A stretch of 64,000 nt of DNA from Flaccisagitta enflata (GCA_965153355.1 OZ231126.1:33418001-33482000), one strand, 5' to 3'. Positions 41,326-52,748 are shown, numbered from the stretch's first letter. Program-made: numbers and translations. The notes: a model not told the origin generated them from the letters alone.

Positions 41326-42570
41326 TTAGAAGCTACAGCAGTTTGAACATGACTACTCCATTTCTGCTCTAATGTCATGTCAAGAATGAGTGATAAAAAA
41401 CAATCATCCAAACCATAGTAAAAATTCTCTGATTTTGATGAAAATTGAACTGAATACCTTCCTCTGACAGCTCCTCAAAAATTTCAAAAATCGGACAATT
41501 TTTGCTTTCATTTTCATTATGAGAAAGATCTTGAAATCTTCTAGAAATCTGAGCGTCAATGAGATAACAACATGGTTTTTTTGAAGGATTTTTATTATCA
41601 AGTTTTGACAAAAATCATATCAAATTCATGATGGTTTTGAAGCTCTGAGAATAATGTTCAAGTTGGAGTAGCACAGGAGAGGTTTTTATCAATTCAGCAG
41701 TGAAGTAAATGCAATAACAGCAAACCACTTTAGTTTTAGTATATTTTATTGAGATCTAGAATATAAAATTATGAAAACCCTTGTAAAAAATCATCCGATT
41801 AGCATGAAAATTGAAGTGATATCAGAAGACATACACCTGAACTACCACCTAAAATTTTGTAGAAATCGGACCAAAACTTCTTTCATTTTCTTTAGATTTT
41901 AACTTTTTTCAAATTCCCTTCTATGGAGTCATGGGCAGTCCAGAAAAGAAGTAGTCATGTTCAAATTGCTCTAGCTTCTAAACCGTTTGAGTTAAAATTT
42001 TCGGACACGACTCAAATAAAAGATCTTTCGAAGAGCTTTCTAACCATCACCGATTTTAATAAGTTTTTCTCAAATTGAGGTAGATAGAATCTGTTTTAAA
42101 AATCCGCCATTTTTTTTGTCGCCAAGGTTATCAATATTTTGCTCGTTTGGCTGTTGCTAGGGAGCATCATATGATGATACTCCCTAGCAACAGCCAAACG
42201 AGCAATATTCTTACAGAACATACTATGGGAAAGTTGTAGCAAATTCAATCCTGAGCAATGTTCCCTGATAAAAGGTGTGATGACCCCTAGCAACGGCCAA
42301 ACGAGCAATATTCTTACAGAACATACTGTGGGAAAGTTGTTGCAAATTTAATTCTGAGCAATGTTCCCTGATAATATTTGTTAAAATATTGATATTATTT
42401 TGGTTATAAATGTTTGAAAAAATAATTTTGGTTTCCATAGCAACCAGAAAACTCAAGGACAAAAAACGTCAATTGAATAACTTATATTTTAGATATCAAA
42501 TTTGTCAAATGAAATCAAAACACTTAAATACCTTCCTCCAGTTTAGGCTGTTATTCTATGAACCCCACTG
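40434..42570. mobile_element. Large non-autonomous TA element with long inverted arms (Tc1-like CAGTGGGG termini)
   Basis: TA|CAATGGGGTTTGTGGAATAACAGCCTAAACTGGAGGAAGG ... CCTTCCTCCAGTTTAGGCTGTTATTCTATGAACCCCACTG|TA; no transposase ORF seen. Confidence 0.82.
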
Positions 42571-43282
42571 TATGAATAGTATTCTTTTCACATTTGGCTG
42601 AGCGATTGAAATCAAAAGCAGTTTTCACACTTGGTTTCCTACAAAGAAAAGTTTCAAGCTTGACATTCTAGAGACATTGCGAAACAAAGTGACAATTATT
42701 GTTGTATGCCTAAAATGAAGATAAGTGAGAGAAAAATCTTACAAGGTGAGTAAAAAGAAGGATTTAAAAACCAGAATTTGCGCATTGTTTCTCATTACTT
42801 TTCTGATTTACATCGTTAAAGGAATAATAACTCACTACAAAAGGTACTGCACAACACCAAACGCTCTTTTTTACACGTAATCGATTTGGTGACTCCTTAA
42901 CAAAAAGTGACACGCCTAGATTGTCACCTTGACGGCGGCGAAGGTGACTACGGAAGGTGGGGGCGTTGAGTGAAAAGGTGACGCGAGGTCGATGGCACGC
43001 GGTAAGATGAATGATCGACAAGGACGGCGGGGGCGGAGGCGGCAGCAGAGGCGGAGGCAGCAGCGGTGGCGGTGGTGGCAGCGGCGGTAGAAGTGCCGGT
43101 GATGGTTGATGTAGACGCGGCGAATTCACCGGCAAATTCTTATCGCGGCGCGACCCTTCGAGTCCTTCAATCAATTTATCTTTCCCGATCTTTCTCCTTT
43201 CCGACTTTTTTTTACTCCTTAACTCAAACGTGTTTGGATTCTAGAAGCCGGACATTCGATTCAATCTCTCTGTCTCTGTCTT

Positions 43283-43319
<37 letters not shown>

Positions 43320-43434
43320 ATACTCTTTTACAATCGACCTTTGCGTTTTTTTTTATTGTGAGTTGTCAAGTAGTTTTAAAAATTGTTGTACTCGGTGAAA
43401 TTAAAAGACTAACAGGTACAATAATGCGTATATT

Positions 43435-43517
<83 letters not shown>

Positions 43518-43745
43518 GAGAGAGAGTCAGACAGACTGAGAGAGACTGAGACAGACAGACAGTGAGACAGACAGACAGACAGACAGACAGTGAGACAGAG
43601 ACAGAAACAGAGAGAGAGATGGGAAAAAAAAACAGAAATACTGATAGAGATAGACAAACAAACTGACTAGCAGACAGCAAAAAATGAAAGTCAAAAAGAC
43701 TGACAAAGAGTCAGAATGGTATACAGGCACAGTCACACACACACA

Positions 43746-43839
<94 letters not shown>

Positions 43840-43880
43840 GTTGGACAAAGACGGACGGGCAAAGATAGATAGCAAGAAAC

Positions 43881-43929
<49 letters not shown>

Positions 43930-44509
43930 AAGAGAGACAGAAACAAAGTGAAAGACACAAAAATGTGGAAGAGAAGGTGTTGAGCAGGCCAGCAAATTCA
44001 AAACATAAGGAGAATCGTCAACAAGTGGTGACACACTTTTTTTTAATATTACATTTTACAAACATATTGTAGGGAGAAAAAAAAGTCACTTGAAAAAAGG
44101 GTGACGTCACCTAGCAGCAGCAGCGGCAGCAGCGACGGCGCCGATGACGCTGACGTCACTTAGATCGTCTCTCATCGTCATCGTCGCCTTTTTTCTCTTT
44201 CTCCGTCGTCGTGATCGTCTCGACAACGACGACGACGGCGACGCCGACGACGAAGACACCAACGACGAGAACGTAACGGCGACGACGCTCCGACTTCCAA
44301 CCAGAATAAAGGTTCTTTTTCAAACGAAAACGTTCAGTAGACTCTCTGCCCTCTTGCCGTTCGGAACTCAGAGGGAGAAAAAAAGAGATAGGAAAAAGAG
44401 AAAAAGAGTTTTTTTTTTCTTTTTTCCTTCGTCAGAAAAGTTTCGCCTAAGTTCTCTTTTTTTAAATTTTTATATCTCTTTCCCTCCTGTCCATCCAACT
44501 GTTAGTCTC

Positions 44510-44581
<72 letters not shown>

Positions 44582-44706
44582 ATTTCCAGTTTTTCCCTTT
44601 CACTTTTTCTCTCGGTTTTCTATCCTCACTTCATATTTTGATCTCCTCTTCCGTAGTCTGGCTTTTTTTTTATAGGATTGCACTTAGAAATTTTTTTCTG
44701 TCGACT

Positions 44707-44790
<84 letters not shown>

Positions 44791-44864
44791 AGAATCAGAG
44801 AGAGAGGGAGGGAGAGAGACAGACACAGACAGAGAGACAGACAGAGAGAGCAAGACAGACAGAC

Positions 44865-44959
<95 letters not shown>

Positions 44960-45000
44960 TGTCGAGAGGAGAGATCAGCCGTCGACGCCGGATTGGGGGA

Positions 45001-45108
45001 TTACCGGTTATTTTTGTTGCCCATGTAATCGACGAAGGCGCAGGTGCCGTCTTTCAAATTGCCGGGGTTGTTTTGATCTTGGAGAAAAGCTTGCTTCGAA
45101 TAGGTGAT
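45001..45108 (-). CDS. HNRNPL: hnRNP L-like exon 11 (end of RRM3): ITYSKQAFLQDQNNPGNLKDGTCAFVDYMGNKNNR
   Basis: CAG acceptor at 45109-45111; resembles hnRNP L SKQ...DGSCSYKDFSESRNNR; ends in either a CG|GTAATC donor (exon end 45005) or an in-frame TAA (45001-45003). Confidence 0.88.
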   Translation of the reverse strand: MTYSKQAFLQDQNNPGNLKDGTCAFVDYMGNKNNR

Positions 45109-45324
45109 CTGCGACGTGGGGGAAAATTGCTTAGGCCCATGCAATAAGTATTGATGTGAGGATATTCAACTTGGCGTGAGTGAGCGAGCGAGCGAGCAAG
45201 GGGCAGAAAATTAACTAACTGATGTGAGGATATTCACGTTGAAAATGTTAATGGCATTGGTGAGCGAACCAAGCGAGCGAGCGAACGTGAATTCATTCAG
45301 AGCGGAGGGCCACGAAAAAGGCAC

Positions 45325-45399
45325 CTGGAATCGTTTGTCGAAAGCGGTCATGTTGTTGAGATTCTGAATAACTCTTTCGCAAGCGGCCGCGTCGCCCAT
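45325..45399 (-). CDS. HNRNPL: hnRNP L-like exon 10 (RRM3): MGDAAACERVIQNLNNMTAFDKRFQ
   Basis: TAG acceptor, GT donor, phase 0/0; resembles MADGYAVDRAITHLNN. Confidence 0.9.
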
Positions 45400-45435
45400 C
45401 TATAAATTTTAATAAAAAAGAGGCAATATGAGGTA

Positions 45436-45661
45436 GGGGGTGGTGGGGTAAAAATGGGTCTCCAATTTTATTCAGCCTTTGTATTAGTTTCAACAAATTT
45501 CGGTTTTTCATCAAAAACTAGAAACTGCACAGGTCTACATTTATTTTAAATTGCTGAGGTTTTCCTCAGATCCTGCGAAAAAAGGGGGTGACCCCAGGTG
45601 ACCTTTTTTATCCCAGGTGTCCTATTTTACCCCAGGTGACCCATTTTACCCTACTCGACCC
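45436..45661. mobile_element. Intronic TA-MITE
   Basis: TA|GGGGGTGGTGGGGTAAAAATGGGTC ... GACCCATTTTACCCTACTCGACCC|TA with internal CCCAGGTG repeats. Confidence 0.6.
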
Positions 45662-45769
45662 TACATATTGAAACACTTTAGTGCCATGGGTATGCTAGGG
45701 TGTCGTTTACCAGAAACAGCCCGGTAGACATAAGTCACCGCCGGCTGGCAGAACTAGCGCGTTGTATAC

Positions 45770-45961
45770 CTGGACCATGGCGGCGCCATCTTTGCTCTTG
45801 AGAAATTTAATGCGGACGATATTTCCGTAGAGACAGACGAGATTGAAAAGTCGCTCGCAATTCATCATGTCGCCGTTCATGCCGTAGAACATCAATACGC
45901 AATTCTGCTGCGGAGTCGCGTTGCCACCAGCCAAACCTTGACTTCCGCCCAACAGAGCCAT
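45770..45961 (-). CDS. HNRNPL: hnRNP L-like exon 9 (RRM3): ...CVLMFYGMNGDMMNCERLFNLVCLYGNIVRIKFLKSKDGAAMVQ
   Basis: Strong resemblance to VLMVYGL...MNCDRVFNVFCLYGNVEKVKFMKSKPGAAMVE; AG/GT boundaries, 192 nt. Confidence 0.95.
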
Positions 45962-46181
45962 CTTCCAAGACAAGAATAGTCAGGAGCAAGGATGGAAACA
46001 GTTATTCAAAGAACAAGGCCAACAATGCGTCATCTGTTTTTCAATATTGATGTTGTTTATGAATGAATGAATGAATAAGTGATAGAATGAGTGAAAGAGT
46101 ATACTGGTGCCGCTTTTTGGGTGAACAAGCCTCGGATTTTGCGATTTTTAGGTTTAAGTTGAAAAGAAAAAAACCTTAAGG

Positions 46182-46400
46182 AAAAATGGAAGAGAGGCAA
46201 AATGGAAGAGAGGCAAAATGGAAGAGAGGCAAAATGGAAGAGAGGCAAAATGGAAGAAAGGCAAAATGGAAGAAAGGCAAAATGGAAGAAAGGCAAAATG
46301 GAAGAAAGGTAAATGGAAGAAAGGAAAATGGCAGAAAGGAAAAATGGAAGAAAGGAAAAAAGGAAGAAAGGAAAAATGGAAGAAAGGAAAAATGAGGGGA
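46182..46400. repeat. 16-bp purine-rich minisatellite (GCAAAATGGAAGAGAG)n, intronic
   Basis: Directly visible. Confidence 0.85.
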
Positions 46401-46466
46401 AAATGGAGGAAACGAGGAAAGGAGAACAAGCTTTTGCTCTCGAAACGTCAAAACATAATCCTCTAC

Positions 46467-46739
46467 CTGCGGTCCATTGAAGCCTCGATCCCGCATGCCT
46501 CTGTCTCCACCCCGTCCCATGTCTCCTCGACCCATGTCACCACGACCCATGTCTCCACGGCCCATATCCCCACGTCCCATCGGCATGTCCATCTCCATGT
46601 CCATTCCGTAACCACCTCTGCCAAGCCGGCCCATAGCCTCGGCGACGACCATGGCGTCATATCCCCCGCGACCACGACCGTCATCGTACATCCCGCCGCG
46701 CATGCCACGTCCACCCATATCGCGATCCATCCAACGGTC
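46467..46739 (-). CDS. HNRNPL: hnRNP L-like exon 8 (RG/Met/Asp-rich linker)
   Basis: CAG|GACCGTTGG...CCGCAG|GTAGAG; 273 nt, phase 0/0; (MGRGD)4-type repeats. Confidence 0.8.
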
Positions 46740-46838
46740 CTGCTAGTGATGAAGAACAACCATATAGATCATTTAGTAATAAGTCCCGTAAACCGTGCAG
46801 TCTTAACTGTGTGCCAAACAACCATGAAGCATACTAAC

Positions 46839-47050
46839 CCTTCCACGATCGTCCATGTCCATTTGCATCCTGCCACTGCCGGACCCGTAATTATCATAGC
46901 CACCGTCGTATCCGCCTCTTCCGTTGCCATAACCGCCTCGTCCCGGCGACACAGGCATCATTCCACCGTCTCGATCGAACGGACGCGGCGGACCCATGCC
47001 ATCCGGGGCAGCGAGCAAAGGCCGATTGCGATCGGCCGTTTCGGCACGGC
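46839..47050 (-). CDS. HNRNPL: hnRNP L-like exon 7 (RPLLAAP + RGG/Tyr linker)
   Basis: CU-rich tract and CAG acceptor, GTTAGT donor; phase 1 matches the preceding exon. Confidence 0.82.
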
Positions 47051-47096
47051 CTGAGAGTGAGAGTGAGAGTGAGAGAGTGAGAGAGTGAGAGAGTGA

Positions 47097-47169
<73 letters not shown>

Positions 47170-49430
47170 AGAGAGAAAAAGAGAGAAAAAGAGAAAAAGA
47201 GAGAAAAAGAGAGAAAAAGAGAGAAAAAGAGAGATCAGTAAAACGCAGAGGCAATTTTCGAGGAAATAATTGAAAAGAGATATGAGGAATGGCCGTAATA
47301 CCGCAAATTTACCAGCACCACGATAAAAACCATGCTTATGCCATGAACTAATGACATCCGCATGATCGAAGTTCGAATGAAATACGGATACCTCAGAGAT
47401 CCGTTTGTACCAAGACATTTTCTACGTTATTGTTCAAACCGATACATTACCAATCGCGATTCATGTTATTCGTTCAAAGAACATCCCGTCGGGATGCCAC
47501 CATCCGCGTCCTCGATTGACGCTGTAGTGAACCAGCTTATCTCGAGATTTTTTTCCTCTCTTCTCAGCCTCCGTTGTCAGGTGGCAGTTGTAGTGAAGAG
47601 CTCCATGGAAGCACTTTGAAAAGTAAAAGGGAGCAAACTCAAGTCAATTTACCGACTGCATCCGTTACATATCCTTCACGCTAGATAATGGTTGAACCTT
47701 GGATTTATTTGAGTACTGTTATGACTAAGCGAGTCTTAAGATATGAAATGAGAAATGGCGTAGGATCTGATTGGTACGTGTCTTATGACCTGCTTGATCG
47801 CGCGTGTCGAATGTTAAAAGATCCCTACTGTAGATTACTCTTAAATGGATATGATGTAATTGGTATAAATGGAATTATGATTTTGTCAAAATGCAAAAAA
47901 ATCGATATTGTTTACATATGTTGGGTCAACCAGAATCTTTTTTTTTTCAGCTGAAAAATGGAGGTAATGGCCTGGGAGGTAATGGCCTGATGGTGAGAGG
48001 GATGGTTGCACGGGTCCGCTGCTTGAAGCGGATGTACTGCGCGTGGGCGCCCGGTCTTGAGTGGCGAGATCGAATATTGGAGATGATTTTTTGTTCTCTG
48101 GATCGATGATGATGATGATTATATGCATATCGAAAATGCAAAATGGAATGCCTTCGAAAGCTTCGGGCTTGATAATGGCGGAATACTTGAGTCGCTCAAG
48201 TTGAATGTCATAAAGTAGATGATACATTTGTATTGGAATCTGGATCCATTTTTTGGTATTAGATGTGGCTGCGGTGTCACGACGTGGTCTCGTGGCCGTG
48301 GAGGGTCAATTTAGAAAGTCTTGTCCCGTGTGGCGGCTGCCTTGAGAAATGGGTCTTACGCAGGCAGTTGATGCGATTCAATCTCCCGATTGAATTCAGA
48401 ACTGCGCCGAGGATAATTGGAGGTAACCGGCGCAAGTCATACTTCCAATAAGAAAGTGTTAATCGCACATTTACACAGATGGATTTATGTCTACCCATAA
48501 ATCATGAGCGATATTCCACATATGGATGAAGAAAGGAGTTATAATAAAGCGAGTAGTAATTATTAACACGACCAAGAGTGCAATACGGTTTTAAAAGCGG
48601 GCCGCCAGGAGAAGAGGCTTATCTCTTGACACTGACAGATATCGGGCAGAATAACAGCCTATTAATAAGTGAATGCGTCAAACTGACGGCCGGATATAAC
48701 CTCCGAAATTTGTACCAGAAAGCTAGAGTGCTTAAAGACTGGCAACGTTGTAAAAGCGGCTCATCCAAGTGCAAAATTCAATGAAAGGTGGGTAGATTGT
48801 GTGGGAATTTGTCGGAGTAAATGGTCACGCAAGTGAAACACATGAAAAAGACGATTCCAGCGGCATAAAACAAGAATGAGGCAGTCGAATACTACAGATT
48901 TGATGATTAAATGGAGTACGAACCAAAAAATACATATTTGAAAACCTGGATTCATAGATTAGGGTAGAGAATACAAATTTGACAATTGTGTAACGTGTAT
49001 CCTCCTTTGTCTTTGCGAGAAACTGCTCTGTGGTGTAATTTTCGGTTAGTGGAACATGCATCGCACAATGTAAATGTTGGAAAAGGATTTGATGTCCACT
49101 TTATTGCGCGGCAAAGCTAATGAATCAATTGGTGACGTGGCATGTGTCGACGCAAAAAAACATGGGACATGGAATTTTGTTCAATTTCGTTCAACATCAA
49201 TTAGGTATTGTTATGAAAATAAAATGTTGGTCGATGTTATCAGCCATGTTGGTCGATGTTATCAGCCATGTGGACTAAGTATGGATGAACTGCCCTTTCC
49301 ACATGATCATGTATTATCCCTATCCCTACTCATCCACCCATCATTCCCCCCCCCTTCCCCAAATCAGTTTCCCTCCAAACCCTTATTACAACCCCCTTCG
49401 ATCAACCTAAGCGACATGGTGTTAACTTAC

Positions 49431-49494
49431 CAACATTTGGGTTGGTGAAATCCCAGCTCTCCGAATCATTACGATAGACGTTCAGTTTCGTAGC
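49431..49494 (-). CDS. HNRNPL: hnRNP L-like exon 6: ATKLNVYRNDSESWDFTNPNV
   Basis: Resembles PTRLNVFKNDQDTWDYTNPNL; CAG acceptor, GTAAGT donor; absent from the ORF track. Confidence 0.93.
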
Positions 49495-49632
49495 CTGAGA
49501 GGGACAATTTACAGTCGTCATGGTTGTCAGCGATGTCATGATTATCGTCCTCACCGTCAATATCATCATCGCAGTCGTCCGTCATCATCTTACATCATGA
49601 CAGTTGCCTAGTCAAGCCGCCTTCGTGCATAC

Positions 49633-49815
49633 CTTCGCAAATTCGGTTTTGAGAGTACAACATCCTGAATAGATATCGGCTCCTTGGAGTTCCTTTTTGG
49701 CCCTGACAGCGGCGTCGTTGGAAGTGAACTCGACCATCGACTGTAAAGTCGCCTTGCGGAAAATCACGATACGCGCGATCTCCCCGAAACTTTTGCAAAT
49801 CGTGTGCATCACCTC
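49633..49815 (-). CDS. HNRNPL: hnRNP L-like exon 5 (RRM2): EVMHTICKSFGEIARIVIFRK...LQGADIYSGCCTLKTEFAK
   Basis: Diagnostic GADIYSGCCTLK motif; CAG/GTATG boundaries, 183 nt. Confidence 0.97.
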
Positions 49816-50029
49816 CTGCAGAAGGTATCCAATCAGATGATGGGGGGGGGGGGGGAAGGGGAGAGAATTGATTGAAAAGAGCGAAAGGGTAGTCCCGGTA
49901 ATGGGCCCGCAAAAACCAGCAGCAGCAAGAATCAGTTCATTATCGCTGAAACCAGTTGACGCCCTTTTAACAGGTTCTAAGCCAACATGAGATTTCAAAA
50001 TCACAGAGCACTCTCCGAGTTGGACTTAC

Positions 50030-50114
50030 CACGGTGATGGGGTCAAGCGGCTTGAGAATGGTGAAGAGAACGACGTTATGGTGGCTTCGTCGATGTGAGG
50101 ATTGGTCGTCTTCC
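50030..50114 (-). CDS. HNRNPL: hnRNP L-like exon 4: EDDQSSHRRSHHNVVLFTILKPLDPITV
   Basis: Resembles NSVLLFTILNPIYSITT; TAG/GTAAGT boundaries. Confidence 0.92.
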
Positions 50115-50136
50115 CTAAGATCAATGGAGTAATGAT

Positions 50137-50397
50137 AACAAGCCCGACCGGGCAACGATGCGTCCGGGCCGTGTCTCAGCGTGTATTGATCATGTGACAT
50201 AAATGGAGAGACAGATGAACAAACACGTTGGTTGGGTGATCATTCGTTTCAGCATAGGATCTCACTGTACAAAAACAGCTGAGAAACGCGGTTTTTGCAC
50301 TTGCGTAACAGACATACGGACGGACGGACCGACGGACCAACGGACCGACGGACAGACCCTCTTATAGAGATGCGGCCCTGACGGACGCATCTAAAAA
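50137..50397 (-). mobile_element. Intronic HINE-like element (same subfamily as 4256-4545)
   Basis: Reverse-complement similarity to 4256-4545 over most of its length. Confidence 0.8.
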
Positions 50398-50560
50398 GCT
50401 ATTGAAGAATCTAGATTCTATCACACAAGGGATCAATGGCCCCATTCCTACAGAATATGAAATTTACTGGTGATGATAGGCTCCTCCCTTTGCTGCTCGT
50501 GTTCCCAAAGCTTGGTCCAGTCCTCTTATCCTCATATCCACAGGAGAAGCTCACACAAAC

Positions 50561-50720
50561 CTGTCTCCACCACCACCACCGCCGCCGGCGGATGATTTGT
50601 TGATTTCCTTGCTTTTGGAGTAGTTAAAGAGCGCCGGGTGATTGTTGATAAAAATGGTGTCATTTTGCGATCGGCGAACCAGACTCACGGCAGAATCGAT
50701 CGAATCAAATTCCACCAGAG
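50561..50720 (-). CDS. HNRNPL: hnRNP L-like exon 3 (RRM1): ALVEFDSIDSAVSLVRRSQNDTIFINNHPALFNYSKSKEI...
   Basis: ALVEF and HPA..NYS.S..I motifs; CAG/GT boundaries, phases consistent. Confidence 0.93.
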
Positions 50721-51575
50721 CTGTGGTGAAGTATATTGAGGCGGGGTAAAAGCCTTAAAAGGGTTTCTGCCTTCTTGCCTGCTGCTTCAACTGCTAAAGC
50801 GCTACACAGTCCTCATTTAAAACAAGTGCGTCATCGAACATTTACTAGGGATCGTGCCAGTCGGATCGGTCCGTAGGTCGAACTACACTTGGTTTTCAAA
50901 AACATTTCAATCCTTGACCATTTAAATCATTGACCCAGCAGACCAATTTCATTCATCTTAACAGTTGCCACTTTGCCTGACGGGCTTTCGGCATTAAAGT
51001 TTTCTTTCCCTTCTCCGGTCAGTGCGTGTGTCTTCAATGTGTGTCTCTTTGTTTGTCAACCTATATGTCCTTTCCCGTTCATCTGACTGACTGTTCTCTT
51101 TCAGTCCTGCCGCTTCCACTGACTTTCTTCCCGTCTTTTGTTACATGTGTTTTTCTGCTTTTCCTCTGCCTGTGTTTTTCTCTCAGTGTGTCTCTCTGCT
51201 TTTCATGATCTGAGTGTATCTTTCAGTCAAGGTCTGTCTTTTCAGTCGATCTGTTTTTTTAGTGTCTTTGTCTGTCTTTTATGTCTGTTTTTCTTCCTGA
51301 TCCTGCATCTTTCCCGTGACTTTTTAGTCTGTCTTTCTGTCTTGTCTTCTTTATCTATTTTTTTTCTTTTTCTCTGTCGGTCGCTCTTTATCTGTCTGCA
51401 TCCGTCTCTTTTTCTGACTATCATACTGAGTATGCTTCTGTCTTGTGTTTGTCTATGTGTATTTCGGTCAGTGTGCCTGTCTTCCTATTCCACGAGGCGC
51501 ACATGTTGGCCATAACTTTGCCTTGTTTCCCATACTGCCACTTTTCAACCTTCATCGTACGTCCACACTAAATAC

Positions 51576-51750
51576 CTTGGTGCTTCCTGTTCATCATAAA
51601 GACGTTGACGATCTTGCCGAACCGCTCGAGAACGTCCCAAACGTCGGCCTCAACGACGCTGGGATGCAAAGACCTCACGTGAACTACAGGAGACGGATCC
51701 TGCTTGTAATCCTCCTCCGTCTTCCTCTTCTCACGATCGTCAAAACGGTC
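51576..51750 (-). CDS. HNRNPL: hnRNP L-like exon 2 (RRM1): ...PSPVVHVRSLHPSVVEADVWDVLERFGKIVNVFMMNRKHQ
   Basis: Resembles SPVVHIRGLIDGVVEADLVEALQEFG; TAG/GT boundaries. Confidence 0.95.
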
Positions 51751-51801
51751 CTAAGGTTGATTGAAAGGTTGATTAAAAGGTTGATAGCGATATGGATAAT
51801 G

Positions 51802-52489
51802 GGCTTACGTGTAGGAGACGACCGGACTTTTTTTAGCGTTTTTCACGAGTTTTTTTTCACGGAAATTTCAAATCTGAAACAAGAGAACAATTTAGGTCAA
51901 TGATCCGAGCCAAACCCCTACCCCTACACCCACCCCTACCCCTAAATCCACCCCTACCCCTAAACCCACCCCTACCCCTAAACCAACCCCTACCCCTAAC
52001 CCTAAACCCACCCCTACCCCTAAACCCACCCCTAACCCTAAACCCACCCCTAACCCTAAACCCACCCCTACCCCTGACCCTACCCCTAACCCTAAACCCA
52101 CCTCTACCCCTAACCCTACCCCTAACCCTAAACCCACCTCAAACCTTCCACTCCCTACCCCTAACCCCACCCCTAACCCTAAACCAACCCCTACCCTCCC
52201 CTACTCCTAAACCCACCCCACCCCTAAACCCACCCCACCCCTAAAACCCACCCCTACCCCTAAACCCACCCCTACCCCTAAACCCACCCCTACCCCTAAA
52301 CCCACCCTTAACCCTAAATCAACAAGAAATCAAAGAATCATCGATAAATCAACATAAATCAACAAGAAATCAATAACTCGACGTAAGAAGTAGAAGCGAG
52401 AGTGAGAAATAGTCGAGAGAGGCCGAGACTCAGCTGAAAACGAAAACAAAAGACATCGCTCTAGTCCGGTCGTCTCCTACACGTAGACC
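51802..52489. mobile_element. MITE with 27-bp TIRs, GG termini and 8-bp TSD (Merlin-like), filled with telomere-like repeats
   Basis: GGATAATG|GGCTTACGTGTAGGAGACGACCGGACT ... AGTCCGGTCGTCTCCTACACGTAGACC|GGATAATG; CCCTAA/CCCTAAA/CCCCTA array at 51911-52318. Confidence 0.85.
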
Positions 52490-52748
52490 GGATAATGGAG
52501 TATGACCGAGGGACTGAAAGAATCGGTTCTATCGGAGAGGGCCATGTCAGCAAAGGCTTTAATCAAATTTTCGAAACATTTAATTAACATCAACAGAACA
52601 TCCACGGAAGAAAGATACAGCTCCTGTGTGTGCAAAAAGAAGACCGAACGACTGCAAATTGTTCGAATTATTGAATTTCTGTTGAGAGAAAGAAGGAAAA
52701 GACATTTTAACGATTTTCAAAATAAACAATTATTGAATACACACTCAC

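Noticed and set aside
42764..44034. Minus-strand peptides TFSLNAP and SPYVLNLLACST as possible RRM4 remnants
   Set aside because: Wrong order relative to RRM4, no surrounding similarity, no compatible splice phase
51911..52318. True telomere or chromosome-fusion scar
   Set aside because: Degenerate mixed units enclosed by TIRs and a TSD
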